This document shows positions 59,605 to 64,000 of a DNA stretch of 64,000 nt, piece by piece. Below the pieces are notes generated by a model, which was not told the origin of the DNA, did no database searches, and saw only the letters and a program-made list of their open reading frames with translations. Source of the stretch: Candidatus Eiseniibacteriota bacterium (lineage in GTDB: Bacteria; Joyebacterota; Joyebacteria; Joyebacterales; Joyebacteraceae); NCBI GenBank assembly GCA_043819135.1, contig JBDRFG010000107.1, positions 31,002-95,001 on the forward strand, given 5' to 3'. Every line of letters starts with the position of its first letter. Positions within the stretch are counted from its first letter, which is position 1. A program made the position numbers and the translations under genes.

Positions 59605-60750
59605 CTAAGCCGACTGGTCGTCGTCAGGGATGATCACGCAGAATCTAAGATCGTCAGGAGGTGCGAATTCGAAGGTCTTCAACTGGGGATCTCTTGCGTT
59701 CTTGTGTGTGCGGAAGGCTCGGTATTCGTGCCGTCTCAACTTCACATCGGCCTTGGCACGGGCTCTCTCGAACATGTGATTCGCAGTTGCCTTGGAGGGA
59801 CGATTCTCCCACGCTTCTGTGTCACACGCTCTAATCGGCTTGCGTGCGACTATGACGGCGAACAAGACGGTCTGTTGCATGGTAGTGAGCTTCTTCAACC
59901 TCGGCTTGCTCTTCCCATCCCTTGTGATCGCCTCGTGGGACATCCCATCAATGAACATGTCGTATTCGCTTCGGTGCTCCAGTAGCTCGGTGTACTCGTC
60001 CCGGTTCATGGTGCAGGTTCCCTCGTGAGTGATCACCCTGCAGTACGTGACTGACTGCACGTCTTCGGGGTGCGAATGACGGACCGCGCTCTTAGTATCG
60101 AGAATCTGGTCCCAAGGGAGCCTCCACCCCGACTTCGGGTGACGCTCCGTGAGCGCGATGGCAGACACGCCAAGGCCCTTAAGGACAAGTAGATGTTCCA
60201 CGGACAGCCGAACTTGACCGGCCCCGAGCATCACGACTCGTCGAGGGCTCGAGGCATAAGCCTTGCGGCAGTCGGACACGAAACGTGCCTCGTCATCTTC
60301 TCCCCCGAAGAAGAGGTAGACATCTGCGTGCTCGCGCGTCGGGCGGCGGCATTCGCCAAGGAATGCGAGCCGCCAACCGATCTCTATCGTCGCTCCCTCG
60401 AGTCTGTTCTTCCGTCGAATGAGGGCGGCAAGCTCCGTGACGGGCATCCCGAACAGGGTTGCCTCCTCGCCACGCGGCAGAGCCTCTGCCCTGCGATCGG
60501 GGATTCCCGCCGCCACGCTTGCTCTAATGACTTCGGCCACGCAGCTCATAGATCCGCGGGCAGTGGCCGATGCGCTCCCGTATATGATCCGTCCTCTCCG
60601 GGGGGGCGACGGGACTACCTGCTTGCCAGCGTCCTTGCGCCTCGAATCGCCCACCGGAAATCCCCCCAGTCCGCAAGTACAGAGACGGCTCTTCGGCTCC
60701 AATGCCCAGTGGAACAGCCAGCCCAGGAGTGGTTTGTCAGAAGTCCCCAC
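59605..60750 (-). CDS. Hypothetical protein, possible C-terminal winged HTH; start uncertain
   Basis: Long ORF divergent from the recombinase. Confidence 0.45.
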   Translation of the reverse strand: MGTSDKPLLGWLFHWALEPKSRLCTCGLGGFPVGDSRRKDAGKQVVPSPPRRGRIIYGSASATARGSMSCVAEVIRASVAAGIPDRRAEALPRGEEATLFGMPVTELAALIRRKNRLEGATIEIGWRLAFLGECRRPTREHADVYLFFGGEDDEARFVSDCRKAYASSPRRVVMLGAGQVRLSVEHLLVLKGLGVSAIALTERHPKSGWRLPWDQILDTKSAVRHSHPEDVQSVTYCRVITHEGTCTMNRDEYTELLEHRSEYDMFIDGMSHEAITRDGKSKPRLKKLTTMQQTVLFAVIVARKPIRACDTEAWENRPSKATANHMFERARAKADVKLRRHEYRAFRTHKNARDPQLKTFEFAPPDDLRFCVIIPDDDQSA

Positions 60751-60946
60751 AAGTACAACACACCGCTTATGCCCGGCGTCAAGCGCTTTCCTAACGTCCC
60801 CCGTTGGGTCCTGCCCACCCCTTTACGTGTAGGTGACACGGGCCGCCTTCTCCAGGGCCCCGGGAATCCCCTTGATGAGGATGGCCACCAGAGGTAGAGC
60901 TGTACCTGGGACGCGACGTAACTCACATACTCACAGGAGGTTACGG

Positions 60947-62659
60947 TTGAAACAGGCCCCCAGGGGCCGCGGGAGACCCAAGGCGAACGGGCGCACCGAC
61001 CCCACCCGCGTTTCCTTCTACACTCGCATCTCGACCGATGAGGACCACCAGAAGTACTCGCTGGATGCTCAGAGAGACCGGCTCGAAGCCTACTGCAAGG
61101 CCCAGTGGGGCGACGACTGGCGCATCCACAGGATCTACCGCGACTCCGAGAGCGGCACCCACATGAATCGCCCCGGCCTCGAGGAGATGCTCTACGATGC
61201 TGAGTCGGGTGCCTTCGACACTCTTCTCGTGTTCCGTGTGGACCGGCTATCGCGCAAGGTCCGCGAGCTCGCCCTGATGGTGGACGAGCTCACCAAGTAC
61301 GGCGTCGTCCTGAAGTCCATCACCGAGCCCTTCGATACCGCCAACGCCGCAGGGAAGATGATGCTCCAGATGCTCGGCGTCTTCGCGGAGTTCGAGCACG
61401 CGACAATCGTCGAGCGGACCAGGGTAGGAATGGAGAGGAAGGCGAAGAGTGGGAGGTTCGTCGGAGGGACCATACCTTACGGCTATGACCTCAACCCAGA
61501 AGAAGGGCTCACCGTCAGGGAGGACGAGGCCCTCATCGTCAGGAAGATCTTCCAGATGTACGCCCTGGGCCATGAGGGCTCACACACGATTACCCTCAAG
61601 CTGAACGAGACCGGTCACCGGAAGCGGAGCGGCAAGAAGTGGGACAAGCGTGTCGTCCTTCACATGCTCAAGAACCCTCTCTACGTTGGGAAGCTCCGCT
61701 GGCGGAAGGTCGTCTACGAGGGTAACCACGATGGGGTAGTCTCAGAGGCCATCTTCGAGAAGACCCAAGAAATCCTGAAGGAACGTGCTGAGGATCTAGC
61801 CGGCCGCCGCTTCCACAACGGCGACGAACGCCTGCTGGCAGGGATCATCAAGTGCGCCCGATGCAAGAGCCACATGGTGGGCGTGAGTACTCACAAGAAG
61901 GAGAAGAAGTACCCCTACTACCTGTGCAACAAGCGCTGGAGCACAAAGGACTGCGACCAAGACTACGTCCGGGCCGACCTACTGGAGAGCGCAATCATCC
62001 AGGACGTGAAGGGTATGTTCCGCGACGAGCAATTCATGGCCCGACTCTGGGAGGAGGCCAACCGACTGCTCTGCGCCGAGAAGCCGAACCTCGAGCGGGA
62101 GATCGAGAGCGTCGAGGCTCAGATCGCGAAGGCCCGGGCCACCATCGACCGCTATTTCGAGGCCTTCGAGGCAGAGACCATGAAGCCCGAGGTTTGCATG
62201 GAGAAGGTCGATGATCTCAACGCCAAGATGGAGCAACTCGAGAACGAGAGGCGCGACCTGGAGGAGAAGCGCCAGCGACTTGACCTCCCCGCTCTTGACA
62301 AAGAGATGCTCGCGCGGCTTGTGGACAACTTCGAGGAGGTCATGGCGGCGGGGACGAACCCACAAAAGAAGGACCTTCTCCGCCATCTGGTGAAGAAGGT
62401 CCTCGTTCACGACAAGCGCACGATCGAGATCTGGTACGCGTTACCGAACCAGGCCTCTGTTCGCACACCGGGACATCTGGCTCCCCAAGGCGGACTCGAA
62501 CCCGGGGCTATCGCGCTACCGGCGCTATCGCTCCCCCAGCACCAACTCCACGTGCGCGCGCGCCGCGTCGAGGCACGCGCGGGCGGGGTCATCGGTCCAC
62601 ACGGCCGCGGCGACCCGCTCGCCCGCCACCACGGCGCCGCCCGGCCCCTCGATCCCTAG
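60947..62659 (+). CDS. Large serine recombinase (resolvase + recombinase + zinc ribbon/coiled coil) reading through the att site
   Basis: YTRIST, RPGL, RVDRLSR, PYGY, NPLYVG, CARC...YYLC; AGGAGG RBS before TTG 60947. Confidence 0.95.
   Translation: MKQAPRGRGRPKANGRTDPTRVSFYTRISTDEDHQKYSLDAQRDRLEAYCKAQWGDDWRIHRIYRDSESGTHMNRPGLEEMLYDAESGAFDTLLVFRVDRLSRKVRELALMVDELTKYGVVLKSITEPFDTANAAGKMMLQMLGVFAEFEHATIVERTRVGMERKAKSGRFVGGTIPYGYDLNPEEGLTVREDEALIVRKIFQMYALGHEGSHTITLKLNETGHRKRSGKKWDKRVVLHMLKNPLYVGKLRWRKVVYEGNHDGVVSEAIFEKTQEILKERAEDLAGRRFHNGDERLLAGIIKCARCKSHMVGVSTHKKEKKYPYYLCNKRWSTKDCDQDYVRADLLESAIIQDVKGMFRDEQFMARLWEEANRLLCAEKPNLEREIESVEAQIAKARATIDRYFEAFEAETMKPEVCMEKVDDLNAKMEQLENERRDLEEKRQRLDLPALDKEMLARLVDNFEEVMAAGTNPQKKDLLRHLVKKVLVHDKRTIEIWYALPNQASVRTPGHLAPQGGLEPGAIALPALSLPQHQLHVRARRVEARAGGVIGPHGRGDPLARHHGAARPLDP
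62478..62502 (-). other. Isolated tRNA 3' fragment (T-loop, acceptor strand, CCA) forming the B' arm of the right att site
   Basis: Minus strand GGTTCGAGTCCGCCTTGGGGAGCCA; no anticodon or D arm adjacent; Asn- or Gln-type end. Confidence 0.75.
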
Positions 62660-63634
62660 CTCCTTGCGGCGCTCGGGCGAGAGAGGCTCCGAGAACTCCA
62701 GGGCGAAGACCCCCGTCTCCAGCCCGCTCTCGGAGGACTCATAGACGGCTACGTATGCGGCGCGCACCGTCGAGGTCCGCTCCGCCATCAGTTCCTCGAT
62801 GCCCGTCATGACGGCGCCCGGACCCAGTGTCGACGTCTCAGCCTCCCACGCGGCCTCTTCCTCGGGCGTGGGCGGCATCACGAAGACGCTGACGAAACTA
62901 ATGACGCGGTGGTCGGACGTGATCATGGGGTTCGAGTCCACCGGGATCGGCGCCGCGCCCATCGTCCGGTCGACAGGCTTGAGCGCGCAGCCCACGGGCA
63001 GCTGGGAAGCAGAAAGAGTGAGGCGCTCTAGAAGCGGCGAGTCGACGCGCATAAGCTCCGGCACGCCGGCTTTGCCCCCAGGCGACTCACGTTCGCCCGG
63101 CGCGGGCACTCGCCCGGACGCGAACAGCTCGCCGTCCTCGGGCTCGGCAAGCACGAGCAGCAGGTTGAAACTGTCGTTGCCGAGGCCCGTGCGCACGATA
63201 TTCGGGGCGTATGCCGGCGGCTCGACCCAGAGCATCCCGTCTATCACGAACTTGAAGGCCCACAGGTCCTGCTCCCCGAGCCGCTCGAGAGGTCGGCGAG
63301 CTTCGTAGACGCCGGGCCCCACAAGCTCCATCCTCCACGCGTTCGTCGACCAACCGTTGAACTCCCCCGCCACGGCCACTTCGGAGAGCTCATCGAGCGA
63401 GATGTCGGCCATCGACACTCGCTCCCCGCTGTCTCCACGCGTGGCGAACTCATACTGAGAGCGATCAAACGTGAACGCCACCTCTTCGCCCTCGAGCCGG
63501 TAGCCCACAGCTCCCGTGCCGTCCGTCGCAGCCTGGGCGCCAGGCTGGGCCATGGTAGCGAACGGAACGAGAAGAAAGACGATCGCGGCCATCGCAATGC
63601 TCACCCTTCGCTGAAGCGTGGCGATCCTGTTCAT
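62525..63634 (-). CDS. Secreted protein with glycogen-binding (AMPK-beta/CBM48-like) domain
   Basis: Signal peptide; VAVAGEFNGWS...FKFVIDG..W. Confidence 0.65.
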   Translation of the reverse strand: MNRIATLQRRVSIAMAAIVFLLVPFATMAQPGAQAATDGTGAVGYRLEGEEVAFTFDRSQYEFATRGDSGERVSMADISLDELSEVAVAGEFNGWSTNAWRMELVGPGVYEARRPLERLGEQDLWAFKFVIDGMLWVEPPAYAPNIVRTGLGNDSFNLLLVLAEPEDGELFASGRVPAPGERESPGGKAGVPELMRVDSPLLERLTLSASQLPVGCALKPVDRTMGAAPIPVDSNPMITSDHRVISFVSVFVMPPTPEEEAAWEAETSTLGPGAVMTGIEELMAERTSTVRAAYVAVYESSESGLETGVFALEFSEPLSPERRKELGIEGPGGAVVAGERVAAAVWTDDPARACLDAARAHVELVLGER

Positions 63635-64000
63635 ACCTCCCCCCTCTCCAGCGACCGCTCCAGCTCAGCCGAGAGCGTCTTGACCACCTGGGCAACCTTC
63701 CCGGTTAGCTCCGTGTACTCCGCGAGCAGGCGCTCCCCGGAGTCGGGTTCGCTCTTGTAGTCCAGGTTCATCGCTGATGCGACAATGTCGAAGTACTCGG
63801 GTCGAAGCATGTCCTCAGCGCCTACCGAGAGCCTGTACGCGTTTCTCAGGTCCTTCAGGAACTCGAGCGCGCCGCTCAGAAGCGCCATCTCCGGCGCGTG
63901 TGTCGAGTCTCGCCTCGCGATGATCGGAAGGAGCCCCGTGTTGACCGGATGCCTGATCTTGAACGCTGTCTTGTACATCAGGAGGAGCATCAGGATGTCC
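63631..64000 (-). CDS. C-terminal part of GlnE-like nucleotidyltransferase (truncated by window edge)
   Basis: ALEFLKDLRNAYRL helical segment resembling GlnE C-terminus. Confidence 0.4.
   Translation of the reverse strand, partial: DILMLLLMYKTAFKIRHPVNTGLLPIIARRDSTHAPEMALLSGALEFLKDLRNAYRLSVGAEDMLRPEYFDIVASAMNLDYKSEPDSGERLLAEYTELTGKVAQVVKTLSAELERSLERGEV

Larger units (their letters stand above)
27145..62486. mobile_element. ~35.3 kb integrated element (serine-recombinase phage-satellite/prophage-remnant-like defence island)
   Basis: Bounded by direct CTGGCTCCCC cores (27145-27154, 62477-62486); LSR at right end; replication, packaging-like and defence genes inside; visibly more AT-rich than the flanks. 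Confidence 0.85.

Noticed and set aside
62478..62560. Complete tRNA gene
   Set aside because: Only T-loop and acceptor 3' strand are present; the sequence beyond is the end of a CDS

Overview
GC-rich bacterial DNA, probably from an anaerobe of the FCB-group candidate phyla (Eisenbacteria/Krumholzibacteria/Latescibacteria-like; inferred from FlgD-type C-terminal domains and TW-x-x-IK-x-LY tails, not verified). 1-22.7 kb is chromosomal backbone: secreted enzymes, a PerR-led oxidative stress operon, znuABC with an RHH regulator, hdrCB, csp and a B12 radical SAM gene. From 22.8 kb there are four att-like sites sharing the core CTGGCTCCCC, which is the antisense of a tRNA 3' end. Two small single-gene units (amylase; GT-C glycosyltransferase) are followed by a ~35.3 kb integrated element (27145-62486). 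The element carries a large serine recombinase whose gene is split by its own att site: excision would fuse it in frame to a 185-aa HTH-containing domain at the other end. It also has a phage/satellite-like replication module with an iteron origin, an orphan ParB-MTase/terS pair, type I RM, Nmad2/Nmad3, an uncharacterised 4-gene operon (ART-like, helical, PIN-like/TPR, M42 peptidase) and several HEPN/nuclease-like genes flanked by degenerate integron attC-like sites with no intI in the window. All family calls come from motif recognition by eye; no searches were run.
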